64,000 nt of DNA from Chara braunii (Eukaryota > Plantae > Charophyceae): assembly GCA_003427395.1 (NCBI GenBank), contig BFEA01000008.1, positions 7,413,718 to 7,477,717 of the forward strand, in the 5' to 3' direction. Positions 49,650 through 64,000 of this stretch are shown here, piece after piece (position 1 is the stretch's first letter; each line of letters starts with the position of its first letter). Under the pieces are notes generated by a model. The model did not search any database and was not told where the DNA came from. It worked only from the letters and a program-made list of their open reading frames with translations. The translations under genes were made by a program, and so were the position numbers.

Positions 49650-51799
49650 GTTGTATCTATGGGACGCTTTCCAGCAGATGCTGCTCCCCACCAATCGATG
49701 GAGCTTGGTTTAAAAAAAAAAAAAAAAAAAAAAAAAANNNNNNNNNNNNNNNNNNNNNNNNNNNNNNNNNNNNNNNNNNNNNNNNNNNNNNNNNNNNNNN
49801 NNNNNNNNNNNNNNNNNNNNNNNNNNNNNNNNNAAAAAAAAAAAAAAAAAAAAAAAGTATCCATCTGATTGAAACAGGATTTCAACTCATAGCCGGTTGA
49901 TTAACAGTAACATGTGTATACCATTCAACCACACGGGCTGGGTATAAGAAGAAAAATCGCCGCCGTGAAAATCACAAAAGAAAAGGGGGGGGGGAGGGGG
50001 AAGAAACAAAACTTTGGCCATGAAATGCAGTTAATATAAAGACATTCTTGGAAGTGGTACTGTGATTGTGCCCTTAGTTAGGGCATCTCAGCCCCGTGGC
50101 CAGAGTGTCAGATTCAAGAAATGCAAAGGAAAAAAAAAAAAACCACAGACTTGGCTGTGATATTGGCTGGATACATTTCTCTGAGTGCTAGTGTGATCAC
50201 AGTTGAGGAAACACAGCTTGACCAAATCATCGACTATGCCCTGCCTCACTGGCAGGGGACTCATAAGAGTAAGCCGATGATCCGACATTACGTAAAAAGA
50301 GAAAAAACAAGAAAGTCCCTAAAAAGAAGGCAACAGGTCGGACAGGGCGAAAAAGCAAACTGGGACCCCACAGAGGCGGGTTCCATGGCTCTTTCCCAAC
50401 TACCGTGGCGGGTTTCTTGAGACGAACGTTCCTGTGGTCCATCGTATGGCCTGACCTCTCGATGTGGGTGACACAGACGTACCTGCTGAGGAAGGGCGGA
50501 CATTGAAAAGGCAAACTCATTTTTGCGGCAACTTTTCTGGTAGGGGTAGGGGTCCTCAAGCTTTCCATTTTGTTTAGCGGCGTTGTGACGCCCAAACCTC
50601 ACGCCCAGTGCGACTTTCTGTTCGGAGTGTGTGTGGGCCTGGAAGTGTGAAAACGGGTGTGCCAAGGATTTAAGGAAAGCGGGGATGAAGTCCCAGGTAG
50701 GAACTGAGATCTCCTGTGACAAGCTCCGAGATACGAATGCAGGAGGGTAGGCACAGGTTAGAGTCCTGTTTTGTGATTCGGGAAACGGGGCTACCACCTC
50801 CGTTGGTTCCGCCGCTCGGGTCGGGGTCGTATCTGGTGTACCGTCGGGCTTGTCACGTGCCGACGTCGAACGTCGCAAGTCTCCGATTCTAACGCGGCTG
50901 GCCTCAATCGAAGGCTGTGCACCCGTCATTCTTCCTCTAAGCGAGTTCGCCGGATGAAACCAGAGGCTCGGTACTCGTGGTCCCGCAGACACTCCGAGCA
51001 CGGGGGTTGGGGCCAGTGGGGAGCGACTGCGAGCACAGGGACAATGGTTAGGGAGTGATGGGGTAGGATGCGGTGATAGGGACGAAATTCGGTCCCCAAG
51101 ATAAAAATCCCGGTGTCGTTCGGGTCTCTCCTGCTACAGTCCGTTGTGGCCGCTCGACTTCCTCCTTTACCAGAATGTCGCTCCGTTCGCCCCTTACACA
51201 CCAACCCAACCAACTCCTAGTCCCTTGGCAGGCTCAACCCCCCTTGACTGTTCCCGACTGGACCCCCCCCCTCATGGGCCGAAACCGGGGCCCTCCCGAA
51301 CATTCTATAGTCAGCGCCCGCAGAAATTTTTCAATTCTTTTTATCGGTTACCGTATCCCGACTACCGATCGACGGTGGCTCGAAGTTCAAGGATACCCGC
51401 GGCTAACCCTTATCTCTATGGGCTCGATTTCAAACTGGCACCACAAGAAGACCGCGCGGGCAGCCAAGGGTTCGAGTTCAGACTGACGGCGGTTCTCCTA
51501 AACTGTTTATAAACAAGATAACGTTAATTAACAAAAAAATTATAAACTCGGATTTTATCTGTTGGAGCTCGGCACAGGCCGTCTGCAATCCAAACCTCGC
51601 CTAGATAACCCAGAGTTCGTGTGCCCAACCACAAGGTGGCTATAGTTCGTGTTCAAGAAGACACATTGATAAGACAGACTTTTACGCAGTCGGACTCCTA
51701 TTTACAGATTTGTGGAGATAACCTAGAGCTTGCGCTCTTGAGTACTTACTGGATGTGACGCATTTTCAAGAAGGTGCGCGAACAGACTTAGTGCTCGAG

Positions 51800-52100
51800 T
51801 GTTCAGCGCAGACTGACGGCAGTACAATTTCAAGAGGCATAAGGAAAGACCGAGTCTTCATTCAGACCAACTATAATCCACTATTTTTTACATAGAAAGC
51901 TCATAGCGCAGGTGCCCGTCGCGGACTGACTGTAGTGCGATTTCAAGAGGGCATAAGGAAAGCTCGAGTCTTCATTCATGCCAACTATAATCTGCCATCT
52001 TTAGAAAGTCGTGCTCGTTTGCTCTAACATAGATTGACTGTAGTGAGATTTCAAGAAGACCAAGTCTTCCTTCAACCCGACTATAATTCACAGGTTTACG
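51800..52100. repeat. ~110-bp diverged tandem repeat, about 3 units
   Basis: gactgac...atttcaaga...gagtcttcattca..ccaactataatc recurs. Confidence 0.7.
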
Positions 52101-52499
52101 CGGAGAAACCCGAGCTCAAGTACAAACCTCTCTCGTGACCGGTTCGAAGTTCAAACGGGGCACTTGCGCCAGTCCAACCTCGCTCGTAACACTTCTAGTG
52201 ACCAGGTCAAACCACATCTCAAAGGAAGACTCGCATTGATCAGAGCTGGCGCGGGTGGCTACTAGAATACAAGCCTTTCTGACTCTGACCGTATTTCGAA
52301 ATCCAAGCGGATACATTCACGCGCGAAACACTTCTCCCAACCTGCTCCAACCTCGGTTTCGGAACTCAAACGGACTCAAGCACACCCCGGAGCTCGCTTA
52401 GATGGGCTCGATCACAAAACAACTCTCAGAACTGGCCCTGATCTCAGTTCATCATTTAAGGAAGGACTCGCCCGGACCGGAGTTCGCTGCGGCGAGAGA

Positions 52500-53450
52500 A
52501 CCTGGGCGCGCGTAGCCCGTGGCACAGCAATCCCACCGCTCGTTCTCTTTCTCTCTCTCTCTTCCTCTCTGAGTCGCCTAGTCCCCAGTACAATATCGGA
52601 CTCCCCATGTGTAGTTGGGCCTGAGTGCACACAGAGTGTAGCACATCGATCGCGTCACACTTTTTTTCCCCCTATTTCTCCTCCTCTCTAAATAGCCGAG
52701 TCGTTACATTGATGTCGAACTCCCTCCTCACGTAGTTGGACGGGAGTGCACACAGAGCGTGGCATAGCGATTGCATCGTACTTCTTTTTTTTCCCCCTCT
52801 CTCCCCCCCCTCTCTGAGCTGCCGAGTTGTCAAGTCGATGTTGCGCTCCCCCGTACGTAGTTGGACTAGACTCAGAGACAGGAGTGTCACTAGAGTGTAC
52901 ACAGAGCGTAACACAGCGAGCGCATCTCGCTTTCTTTCTCTCTCCCGCTCTTCTCTACCCTCTCTGAGCTGCCGAGTTGTCAGGTCAATGCCGCACTCTT
53001 CTGTACGTAGTCGGACTAGAGTGCACACAGAGCGTGGCACAGCAAGCGCATCTCACTTTCTCTCTCTCTCCCCTCTCTGAGTTGTCGAGTTGTCAAGTCG
53101 ATGCCGCGCTCCCCCGTACGTAGTCGGACCAGAGTGCACTCCGTGCACAACGAGCGCATCTCGCTTTCTCTCTCTCTCACTCTCTTCTCTCCCCTCTCCG
53201 AGCTGCCGAGTTGTCAAGTCGGTGCCGCACTCCGCCGTACGTAGTCGGATCATAGTGCACATCGAGCGTGGCACAGCGAGCTCATCTCGCTTTCTCTATC
53301 TTTCACTCTCTTCCTCTTCTCTGAGATGCCGAGTTGTCAAGTGGATGTCGCGCTCTCCCGTACGTAGTCGGACGAGAGTGCACACAGAGCGTGGCACAAC
53401 GAGCACGTCTCCCTTTCTCCCTCTCTCTTTCTCTTTTGTCTCTCTCTCAG
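52500..53450. repeat. ~120-bp satellite, about 7-8 units with CT-rich linkers
   Basis: Unit ctctctgagctgccgagttgtcaagtcgatgccgcRctcccccgtacgtagtcggactagagtgcacacagagcgtggcacagcgagcgcatctcgctttctctc. Confidence 0.9.
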
Positions 53451-54644
53451 ATAGTGCGGTAGCGAGTGCGCACCAATTCCCGAACACTTCAGCATCCGTG
53501 CGCTAATCCTGTGCACCCCTTTCTCCTCCCTTTTTTTTCCCTCGTTTTCTCCCCCTTCTTATACTCTTGTTCACACTCATTCCACCCTTCATAGATGTCT
53601 CGGCGAATCATCCCCGTTCCCTCCCTTCGTGAAATTTTCACCAAATTTTCTACTTTCCCGCCCATTTTCGACGATTTTTTCTTACCGCTGCCCGTCTCAG
53701 TCATGCTTTGCTTCGAGTGCGTACCCTGCTCCTTGATCTAGGTGCAAGCCGACTTTTCCCCTTATGTCCCATTTGTACTAGTCGCGGGCGTGCCCGCCGT
53801 GTTGAAAAAAAAAAACGGTTACTGTGCAGGCTATCGATGGCGCCTTCATAGGTAGTAAAAAAAACACGCATCCGAGTGTGCACCTGGCCTGGGCATAGTT
53901 CCGCCGATGTTCACCCCACTGGCAGTTATCAAGAAACTTGTTCGGAGGTGAAGTCGTGTGCCGGGCCGTCAATTAGACCCACATACAATTCCACAGGGTT
54001 TGCCCCTTAACGGCACGTAGCAAGAAATTGTTCTGAGACTACGCATCGGGCTTCTTGCCGAGCCCAAGTACAGGTCTTCATAAGTTCTGCCTCTCAGTGG
54101 CAACAAAACTTTTTCGAAATCGTCATCACGCATCGGGCTGCTCATCGAGCCTAAATGCAGTTTCACTGATACACCAGTTAAGACCCACACCGTTGTCTCT
54201 CAATCTGTCGTTGGGCTCAGTATCGTGCTTAGGTACGTACCTCAACACACACACACGCTCACACTCGCGGACCTATTCTATTGTTGCACCCTCCATCTTG
54301 TACCACGATCTTGTCTGCGGAGAAGAATGCTACGATTACGATGATGCAGGTGAATACTCCAAACATGACAATGTAGGTGAGTACTTAACACATGACAATC
54401 CTAAAGGTGGGCAGCATAATGGCCGACATGAAATCACTACTATAAAATCTCGGTCGTAAATAGCCAGCACTACACGCTATAACCGCCTCTAATACGTAAA
54501 ATGAGAACGAGAGATCCGTTAGAACACCATAAATTTATCCCCGCATCCAATCGGTGTTACAACTATAAAATGAAAGTGAATCTCCCTCTAGATCTTGGGT
54601 ACATATAGTTACAACCTCGTGTTGGAAGTTGTGTGAAGCAGGTG

Positions 54645-54705
<61 letters not shown>

Positions 54706-54765
54706 NNNNNNNNNNNNNNNNNNNNNNNNNNNNNNNNNNNNNNNNNNNNNNNNNNNNNNNNNNNN

Positions 54766-54859
<94 letters not shown>

Positions 54860-57800
54860 TGACCTTACGCCTCTTCCATCAATAAAATTAACAAAATCGA
54901 AACGAGTCTACCACTAGATCAGAGCGAGGCTATTTCCATCGTCCGGATGAACAACGCACCATCCAACAAGTAAGTCTCCAACTAGCACAGTATCACTCGT
55001 CAACAGGTAATCTCCAACTAGCACAATTGTGAATAGGTATGTCTCAAACGAGCGCACTCGCCTCACACGACTTACAAAATGTGCAAAAGTGAGGATGAAT
55101 CTGCCCTTAGAATACAGGCAGATTTACTGAAGGTTCTCCCATTATTTGCGCCTTCGTTGTTTTTGGCGCCACAACTCGACATTTGGTTCATTCCGCATCG
55201 CCTGTTCTACTTACCAAAAATGGCTGGTTAGAGCGCAATTTGGCACCGTAGCTCGGCTTTCGGTTTATCCCGCATCGCCAGTTCTTCATGGTACGTGCCC
55301 GCCATATCTCCTCTTCCTTTCTTTCTTCCTTGTCTTCTTCCCAGCATCTTCTTCCTATCTACTTCCCTTTCTAATCATCTAAGCACCAATCTGGCTCCAC
55401 CATTCAACTCGCCCCGGTTCAAAAACCCCCACTACGCTTCTCATACCCCTTGATTCCGTTGTGAATCGAGTGAGATCCGTGCCTGATTCTCCCGCCATCT
55501 TTATTTCTTCCATCCCTTCGCGCGACTCTTTCTCCTACTAACCTCTATCCTACTAGCCTTAATACTAATCTAACTCTACCATGGATTTCTCCTGGACCCA
55601 AAAAACCTCTAGATCAGTTCCTAGTCCACTAAGTTCTGCCAAGGAATGAACAATCAACGCCCTTTGCACCTCACTTTCTTCCTCCTCTCTCGGTGCGCCC
55701 GTCAGTTTCAAGAATGTCGTGAAGCCGTTTTGTGGCTTAGGCTGGGTCTTGTCACCAGCTATTGCCTTGATGCCGCATTAAACAAGAAGATGATGGCACC
55801 TTGTGTCATAGCTAGGCAAGTATTCACTTCACCCTCACCTTTCCTCTCCTTCTCCTTCTTTGTCTCCTCCAACGTCATGTCCATTTCCTCCCTCCTAGTC
55901 ATCTTTAAACAGAGGTGAGGTTAGCGCTCGGTCCTGCCGCTCGCTTGGTTGCTAGGCCAGATCCCCCGTTGTATTCGAGGCAAAATAGAAAAGCTCGGTG
56001 TTCTGACCAGACCGCCATAAGTAGGGGGAAGGAAAAACACTACTACTTACTTTTCAGTCGGTAGTATCTTAAGAAGTGCAAGGCTGCATCAATCTTCCTT
56101 GCCTCGTTCTAGTTTTAACGGATGTCCCGAAGGACCAAACGCTTAGCTTTGGACGAGAAATATCACCTCAAAGCTGGTCGGACCCAGACAATTTAAAAAT
56201 ATCTGGATTTACTCATTCAGAACCATCATCTGGATTCAGACTTTGGTCTGTATTCCAACAGTTCGTGGGCGTGCCAACTGAGCTAGCCTCCTGGGTCCCA
56301 TGCCGGTACTGACACTACCGGGCCGTTTCCCAAAATGACACATAATAAAAGAAATAAAAGAAAATTAATAAAAATATTAAGAAGAAGAATTTTGAAAATA
56401 GGTGGAGGGACGAGAGAGGGAGGGGGGGGGGCATTGGAATCTCAGCCTAAGTCCCATCAATTGGGCCTGCTGGCGAGACAGTAAACAAAACCGAAGGGGA
56501 TGGTCTCGCCAGATCCTAAACCCCTTTATGTCATTCAAAGTTGTTCCCACTCTCCCTCGTTGCCGACTGTTGACTTCGATCCCCAAATCTTCAGCTTGAT
56601 AGTCCAATATCATAACTAGTAATGCTAGACCTAAGCTGAACTTGGTGGGCGCAAACCTTTGCATGAAGAGCGACTGTGTCTTGCCTAGGCCTGCGAAAGT
56701 GTGCCAAAGCCACGACTCGGCCTACTGGTCAAATTTACGGTCGATGCACCCCCGTTTTGGAGAGCGGGCTTTATTTACGGTTGTCTCACAGTCGACCAGG
56801 CTATACCGTCGCCAAAGTCCTCATCTGTCTCTGCCCACCGTTCCCTCGGAAAATACCGACCCTTTATGTACCTCGGCGTTGGGATAATCACTAATTTTTT
56901 GTCCGCGCCAACTTTTCCTCTGATAAAAAACGTGGTCGGACTAGGCATTCAATGTACTTCACTCCCCGCGGGCTCTAACACAACCCAGGTAGGTCAACGA
57001 AATCCTCATCGGATCGTGGTTCCGATGACTAATCTTAACGTTGGTCACCAAACGTCAGTCTCGGCGTGAATGCACTAAGTATGTGCGCAATATTAGTCAA
57101 CAGACTCAACACCATACCCCTTTCTCTCGCTCGCGTTATTAGGCGTGGGTGTCACTTATATAACTAGTTCATTATATAACCAGAGGATTGCCTAAAAACC
57201 CATGCGTGCCCTTGAAGTGCACGCCCACACACTCTCTACTCCAATAAAAAACGTGTTTGCCACTCCCAACTTCTGAGAGTTGGTTGTGCTCACACAAAAA
57301 TGAGACACTCTCTTGAATATCCTCAAAATTGCATTTCCTGCGAGATGCAAAAAATACGCATAAATACCCTTGTAAAGGTATTCGTGCCGACAACGAGCTA
57401 TGTGGCAGACCGTTACATCCCTGAATAGGCAGCGCAATAACAACCGTATTGGAGAATGACAAGGAACAATCTAGATCTTCCGAGTCCTTCCTCTCGTGTC
57501 ACTTCATCCATTGGTGGGGAGCTACACGTACTTGAAACCGGGCCCAACGTCCCACATGTACAATAATGCTTAGAATGAGAATAATGATCCTTGTGCATAC
57601 ATAGGTTGAATCTGAACCTCTTCACCCAAAGGTGGGCACTAGATCTAAGTATTCCTCTTAGCTCATATTCAGATGTAGAACACAACATGGAAACAACAAT
57701 TGAATCATATGCATACCATGATATGGGACAATAGACAATGAAGAGGAAGATGGGGGGACAAAATCCGAGAAATCCATCACAGAGCGCATTGCTATGGAAG

Positions 57801-58049
57801 AGTCCAGAGTTACTTAGTCCTCAAAAGTCAACCTGTAGTCCTAATATACCTCCCCATTATCCCCTCGTGTAGCCCCTTCTAATTTAACCGTTCCGAGTTC
57901 CCCCCTCTGGTTCTCCCAAGCCAGCAACGACTGAAGTTGTAAATGTGTTTGAGGATTTCATCCCTGAAAGATAGATGTTGGATTTTTTTTTTTGTTTGAT
58001 CCCATTTGATAGAGATACCCCTTTGAATTTGTTGCTTAGTGGTGTCTGA

Positions 58050-58389
58050 ATTCTAGTTCATGCACCCAAGCTCCTTCTTATTCATAGGTGCATTTTTTCA
58101 GTCTGATAGCCGAAAGAACTGCTTTTCTCCCAATAGTAAAAAGGTTCTGAGTGAAAGCATCATAAGGTTCAGAACTTCACATACATAGGTTTCCAACATG
58201 ATCACCTTCCATTCCCACGACCATGTGGTTTGCGTTTCCGGTTGGCTCCATATGCGATCCCACAATCTCCATATTGAAATGACACTGGGGCATTCAAAAA
58301 ATATATGCTCAATGGTTTCATGAATCATCTTGCTTGGGAAGGTTGTCTTGCCAAATTCACACCCAGGGACTGCAATTGGCGCTCCTTCG

Positions 58390-58390
<1 letters not shown>
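58050..58390 (-). pseudogene. Decayed L1 LINE zf-RVT remnant
   Basis: HETIEHIFFECPSVISIWRLW in ORF 58098..58586. Confidence 0.6.
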
Positions 58391-58447
<57 letters not shown>

Positions 58448-58448
58448 N

Positions 58449-58515
<67 letters not shown>

Positions 58516-59247
58516 TCATCTCCCTTCAACAGTCTCGCAGGAAGACACACTTCTGACATTTGATAAAAAAGGTGGAGAGGTGACAAAAAAAAGCCACATC
58601 ATTATTTTCAACTCGTTTTCTTTGTCACTGCCCTCTCTTCCACTCCCCCTCCTCCTGCTCCTCCATCCTCTCTTCTTCTGCATCTCGTAGTTCCTTGCAT
58701 CCACACCCTCCTGCTCCTCCTCTAACCTCTTCGGTGATCGTTGAGGATGACATGCTTGAAAATCAGCAAAGAGTTTACTAGATGCAGAAAGGAGAGAGAA
58801 TAGAGGAGGAGGAGGGTGTGGAGGCAAGGAACTACTAGATGCAGAAAGGAGAGGATGGAGGAGGAGGAAATGTAGCAAATAGTTTAGAGGAGGAGGAGGA
58901 GGGTGCGGTCGCAAGGAACCACGAGATGCAGAAAGAAGAGAAGATTGAGGAGGAGTCCGCACAGTGAGGGAAAAGAGGAGTTAAAGCGCGGCAACCTGCA
59001 AGGCTGATGAAGGCAGATGGCACACACGCACACATGCACACACAAAATCGGTTTTATGTTTGTCAGTCTTTCTCCTGTTGTCTGTCCTCCCTCTGTTTTT
59101 TTCTAAAGTATTTATCTTTGCCCAATTGAGCACCCTTAAGTAGTGTCAACCAGTCAGTGGTTCCTAGTTTGGAGTGCCTACTGCACCCTTAAGCACACAC
59201 AGACATGCACACACACATACACACACACACACACACACATACACACA

Positions 59248-59304
<57 letters not shown>

Positions 59305-59449
59305 TAACTTTTTGTCAAAAATAAATAATTATTTTTTTTAATATATATATATATATATAAGTTTTTATAAAAATATAATAATAATAATAAATAAATAAAT
59401 AAAAATAAAAATATCAATAAATAAAAATGATTAATAATTAAACCATACC

Positions 59450-59603
59450 TCCAAGGCGCTCGTTCGTGTTTGAAAAGTTAATATTTTTATGTTCTTTTTT
59501 TAAAAATATTTTTATGTTTGAGTTCGGAAAGTTTCGGCGCTCGTTCGCGTTCGGTCCCGAACGTTCAGGTTCGGTCACCGAACCCGAACACGATGCTAGA
59601 CAG
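59450..59603. mobile_element. Right end of a relative of the 49287-49649 hAT-like element
   Basis: gttcggtcaccgaacccgaacacgatgctagacag matches gttcggtcaccgagcccgagcgcgatgctacgcag. Confidence 0.65.
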
Positions 59604-61239
59604 TAATACACTATGTCAAAAATAATTAAATATATATTTTCGACCATATGACATGAAAAACAGTGATAAAAGGTATCCTTCCCCCCTATAACCCTGGAGA
59701 TAACCTACTGAAAGGCAAACCCCCGCCTCGGAACTACGACACCATCAATATACATTACAGACAATTAACCATACACCTTTATACAACATAGCAACACCAC
59801 ACATATCAGTTATGGGTCCACTGGATGCCTCGAGTAAAAAGCAAAAGTAAAAAGATTGACGAAAAACGCTTCAAATAAACTCCCCCCCCAAAAAACGTAT
59901 TTCAAAAAAAACAAAACGCACCACGGCCGAAACACCACCAAACAAAAATGCCACTCTGAAACGACACTCCCGCCGCGCCAGAAAACAACACACACGAAGC
60001 AGGCAAACCAGATGCGACACTCCCTACTTCCTCCATAGCCGGTCCTCCTCCCTAGACGACAAAAATAGATCCACACCACTACGTGAACTGGCGCACAAAG
60101 AGACAACCGATACACGGCAACCAGACTCCATCACCGTTGGGTAACCCGATAGCACCATACACTCCTCCACAGCTACAAGGCACATCGGCTGGGACAACCC
60201 CTTCACCGTGCTATGCAGAAAGAATTCCTTTTAGCTCCCTGCTATACCCCTCTCCCCCTAAACAAACTCGCAAATGGCTTACCCCCCGCTCTCATGCACA
60301 CATGAAATCTCCCCTTCCCCCCAAGATGCATCCACTACCCCACCCCCATCCTATCCCCGCCCACTTACTTCCTCTAATCCTAGCCTGCAGTACGGTAAGC
60401 TATGATATACATTAATTGCATGCTCTCCCCTATCTTCCTCTAGGATACAACAGATGCCCTCGAGAATGACCGCTACTACAACTGCTTGCTTGTTTGTGCT
60501 CCACCGCACCTGTGCCAACTCGCATGTTCGTCCATCCCTCATCTCTTACCTCAAGTCCTCTCTTGCTCCCTCCTCACACGAGCACGCCAGCTCGCGAACT
60601 GATCTGTCTACCTTGATTCGGTCTGGCACACCATAGTGCCCCGGGCGCTGTGCTTACGTAGTAAGCCATCTGATAACACACTGCACGACCACCAACTGTG
60701 CTATGGCGGCGACTGATCTCCCAGCGACACCCACCATGATCGCTCAGGTATGAATTGCTAACGCCTTCTCTCTCCCCCCTATGCCTACGCTGATAACCCC
60801 CCCCCCCCCCCCCCCCCCTATTCCTAACAGGCGGCGACAAGCACGCTTAAGGGCGTGCACCCCCCCTTCGGCTTTTAATCTTGCCGCTTCTAACACTTTC
60901 TAACCTTCTAATCTCCAACAGCTCCCTACCTAATCCTCACCCCCCACCCACCTCCCCTATGGCATACTGAAATGGTTCTCTCCTTATATATAAGAGACTA
61001 ATTAGCATAGAGCTATATCCTATTGCTAACTTTGCGGACGTCGATATGGTCCCCCCTCCCAGTACAAATGCGATGGCCGTGTTTACACACACATCGCACA
61101 CAGATATATATAGATAGATAAATAGAGAGAGAGAGAGAGAGACACCGTGTTTGAGCAGGGTGTGCTGGAAAGAGAAAGAGAAGCCGGAATATGCTGTAGT
61201 TTTAGCAGTTGTGGTGTGTGCGTATGTGTGTGTGTGTGC

Positions 61240-61315
<76 letters not shown>

Positions 61316-62237
61316 AACATCGTGTTTGAGCAGGGTGTGCTGCTATGTGACACCCGCGGGCAATTCGGCAGCGCCCGAGGCCAAGAGGCCTAGTTTGCGC
61401 AACTTTGCGGCCCCATTTTTTGAATATTTTTTTGGGGGTAAGAAAATAAGTGAAAAAAATAAATAAACATATGGGGTAGTAGGGTGTGCAAACCTCTACA
61501 ACCCCATAATTTTTGTTTTTGAGTTTGACTTGATTTACAAATTAAAAAAAATAAAAAACGAAAATCGGTTTTAAAAAAAAAAATAATTAAAAAAAAATCC
61601 TTTTTTTTTTTTTTTCATGACTTATATGGAATTAGNNNNNNNNNNNNNNNNNNNNNNNNNNNNNNNNNNNNNNNNNNNNNNNNNNNNNNNNNNNNNNNNN
61701 NNNNNNNNNNNNNNNNNNNNNNNNNNNNNNNNNNNNNNNNNNNNNNNNNNNNNNNNNNNNNNNNNNNNNNNNNNNNNNNNNNNNNNNNNNNNNNNNNNNN
61801 NNNNNNNNNNNNNNNNNNNNNNNNNNNNNNNNNNNNNNNNNNNNNNNNNNNNNNNNNNNNNNNNNNNNNNNNNNNNNNNNNNNNNNNNNNNNNNNNNNNN
61901 NNNNNNNNNNNNNNNNNNNNNNNNNNNNNNNNNNNNNNNNNNNNNNNNNNNNNNNNNNNNNNNNNNNNNNNNNNNNNNNNNNNNNNNNNNNNNNNNNNNN
62001 NNNNNNNNNNNNNNNNNNNNNNNNNNNNNNNNNNNNNNNNNNNNNNNNNNNNNNNNNNNNNNNNNNNNNNNNNNNNNNNNNNNNNNNNNNNNNNNNNNNN
62101 NNNNNNNNNNNNNNNNNNNNNNNNNNNNNNNNNNNNNNNNNNNNNNNNNNNNNNNNNNNNNNNNNNNNNNNNNNNNNNNNNNNNNNNNNNNNNNNNNNNN
62201 NNNNNNNNNNNNNNNNNNNNNNNNNNNNNNNNNNNNN

Positions 62238-62332
<95 letters not shown>

Positions 62333-62471
62333 GAGGAGTGGCAGGAAGGAGGATCTCAGAGATGGCGACATGGCAAAGGAGGAGAACTCGAAGGAATGGA
62401 GGAGGAGTTGGAGATGGGGAAGCTTATCAGGGCGGAGCCCATTATTGACCTCGCAAAATGCAAAGATGACC

Positions 62472-62576
62472 TGGGCCGGTAGGGGTAAATTGAAAATAAA
62501 TAGGCGCCCGGGGAAAAGTTGGCCCTGGGCCGGTAAGGGTAAATTGAAAATAAATAGGCCCCGGGGGAAAAGTTGG
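62472..62576. repeat. ~54-bp tandem duplication
   Basis: tgggccggtaRgggtaaattgaaaataaataggc.cc.ggggaaaagttggc twice. Confidence 0.85.
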
Positions 62577-64000
62577 CAGGACATTTTGCAAAGACGGACA
62601 GTACTCTGTAGGGGTCCTTTTGCAGATTCTGAGATGGCGGGTCCAACCTATGCTAGGGGCATTTCGCAAGACGTTTTTTGTGTCAGAAGGGTATTCCGCC
62701 CTGCCCACATCTTTTAGGGGCATTTTGGCATACATCTCAACTTATAGGGTCCACCCCCCCCCCCCCACTCTCCCCCCAAGTAAAGCTGCCTTCTCCTCAT
62801 ACGGGGACAGCCATATATTTTTCTCTCACCTCACATATTTTTGAACTGGCATTCTGCCATGCCATGGAACACATATTTCTTTCACTACCTACCTACCACT
62901 AGTCCTAAGGCTATACAGGGGAGACCCCCCTGCAAGCATATCTTTCTACCTCTCTTGGGTGAAGGGAGGTTACCTCTCTGGGTGGAGAGAGGTTGCCCCT
63001 TTGCCCTAGCGTTTAGTGTGCAGGGTTGGGGCCGCCAGTGGGGGCCCTGCTAACACAAGGCTCGAGCATTTGCCAGTAACTGTGCCTCCCTTTTCTTCTT
63101 CCCCCACCCCCATCGAGTATTGAGGTATTTCTCAAACGAACTCAAAAAAGAAACAAAAGAGCAGTTTTCTTTGGTTGCTTTGTTTGTTCGTTAACTTTGT
63201 TTGTTTGTTTGTTTGAGAAGTTGCTTATATTTCCAAAAAAATGGTGGTAAAAAAGAAAAAGGAAAAGTATGCTTGCAGGGGTTCCCTCTAGATAGTCTTA
63301 GGAGTAGGTAGTGGAAGGCAAACAAACAGAAGTTGAGAGAAGAATAAAAAAAGTTGAGAAAAAAAAAAAAAAAAAAAAAAAAAAAGACGGTGGTCGAGGC
63401 TTTTTTTTTTTGTTTTTTCTGTAATAACCAAACATCTGTCGATGGCCAACTACCGTGGGGGACGAGCTGTTTGCTTCGTACAAGGCTTGGCGATGGACCC
63501 TACCACCGTCCGAGCACAATCACAGGGGGCTGGAATCAACTTTGCTCGTAAATGAGGCCAGATACGTTCAAGAAAGGTGAAGCGACGCGAGGCCCTCGGC
63601 CCTCAGCCAACCCGCCAGCCAGCCAGCCAGCCAGCGCCATGCACGGTGATCGAGCTGTACCTTGGCGGTCTGTCTGTCTTTTCTCCGGTCCTTTTTCTTT
63701 TTTTGACAACGGACCTTGCGCATGTCAGGATCATTGCAGAGCTGTGAAGGCCTGTTTTTTTTTCTTTTTTTTTGAAGGCCTGTTTTGCGGTACACGGAGC
63801 CGGAACAGACCCTCTTTTTGTTTACGTCGAGCAGACACTTGCCCTCAAAGGGAGCCCCCCTGTCTGCCTCACAACCCATCTGTCTTTATTACACTGTTCG
63901 AGGTCTTTTTTTTATCTTTTTTTTTTCGGAAAACCATGGAAGGATGGAGGTTGCACTTACCTGGATTCTTCATCTCTGGCCGCATAACACGGAGATCAAC

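Noticed and set aside
50288-51001. 237-aa ORF
   Set aside because: No recognisable domain and a non-ATG start; probably a chance ORF in a GC-rich repeat.

Overview
Repeat-dense eukaryotic DNA with assembly gaps and no host protein-coding gene I can support. A plant-type U6 remnant and the transposon types suggest a green-lineage genome, possibly a charophyte such as Chara (inference only). The main content is two diverged, decayed members of one Penelope-like retroelement (PLE) family with the permuted order GIY-YIG endonuclease - CxC linker - reverse transcriptase: element A (28950-35245, minus) and element B (43319-49244, plus). Four features are shared between them: (i) an upstream Gag-like ORF1 (CCHC knuckle plus coiled coil); (ii) one in-frame TAG separating ORF1 from an EN-RT frame with no ATG before the GIY-YIG motif, suggesting stop-codon readthrough; (iii) a minimal hammerhead ribozyme with a covarying pseudoknot in all four pseudo-LTRs; (iv) a covarying hairpin just after the 5' pseudo-LTR's CTAC end. 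Together these suggest a ribozyme-processed, possibly circular RNA copied by rolling-circle reverse transcription. Also present: an internal inversion in B, nested MITEs (TA, CTG and 8-bp target-site duplications), a ~5 kb foldback-like element, L1 LINE 3' remnants, a DIRS/Ngaro-like gag ORF, a U6 pseudogene and many mini- and microsatellites.
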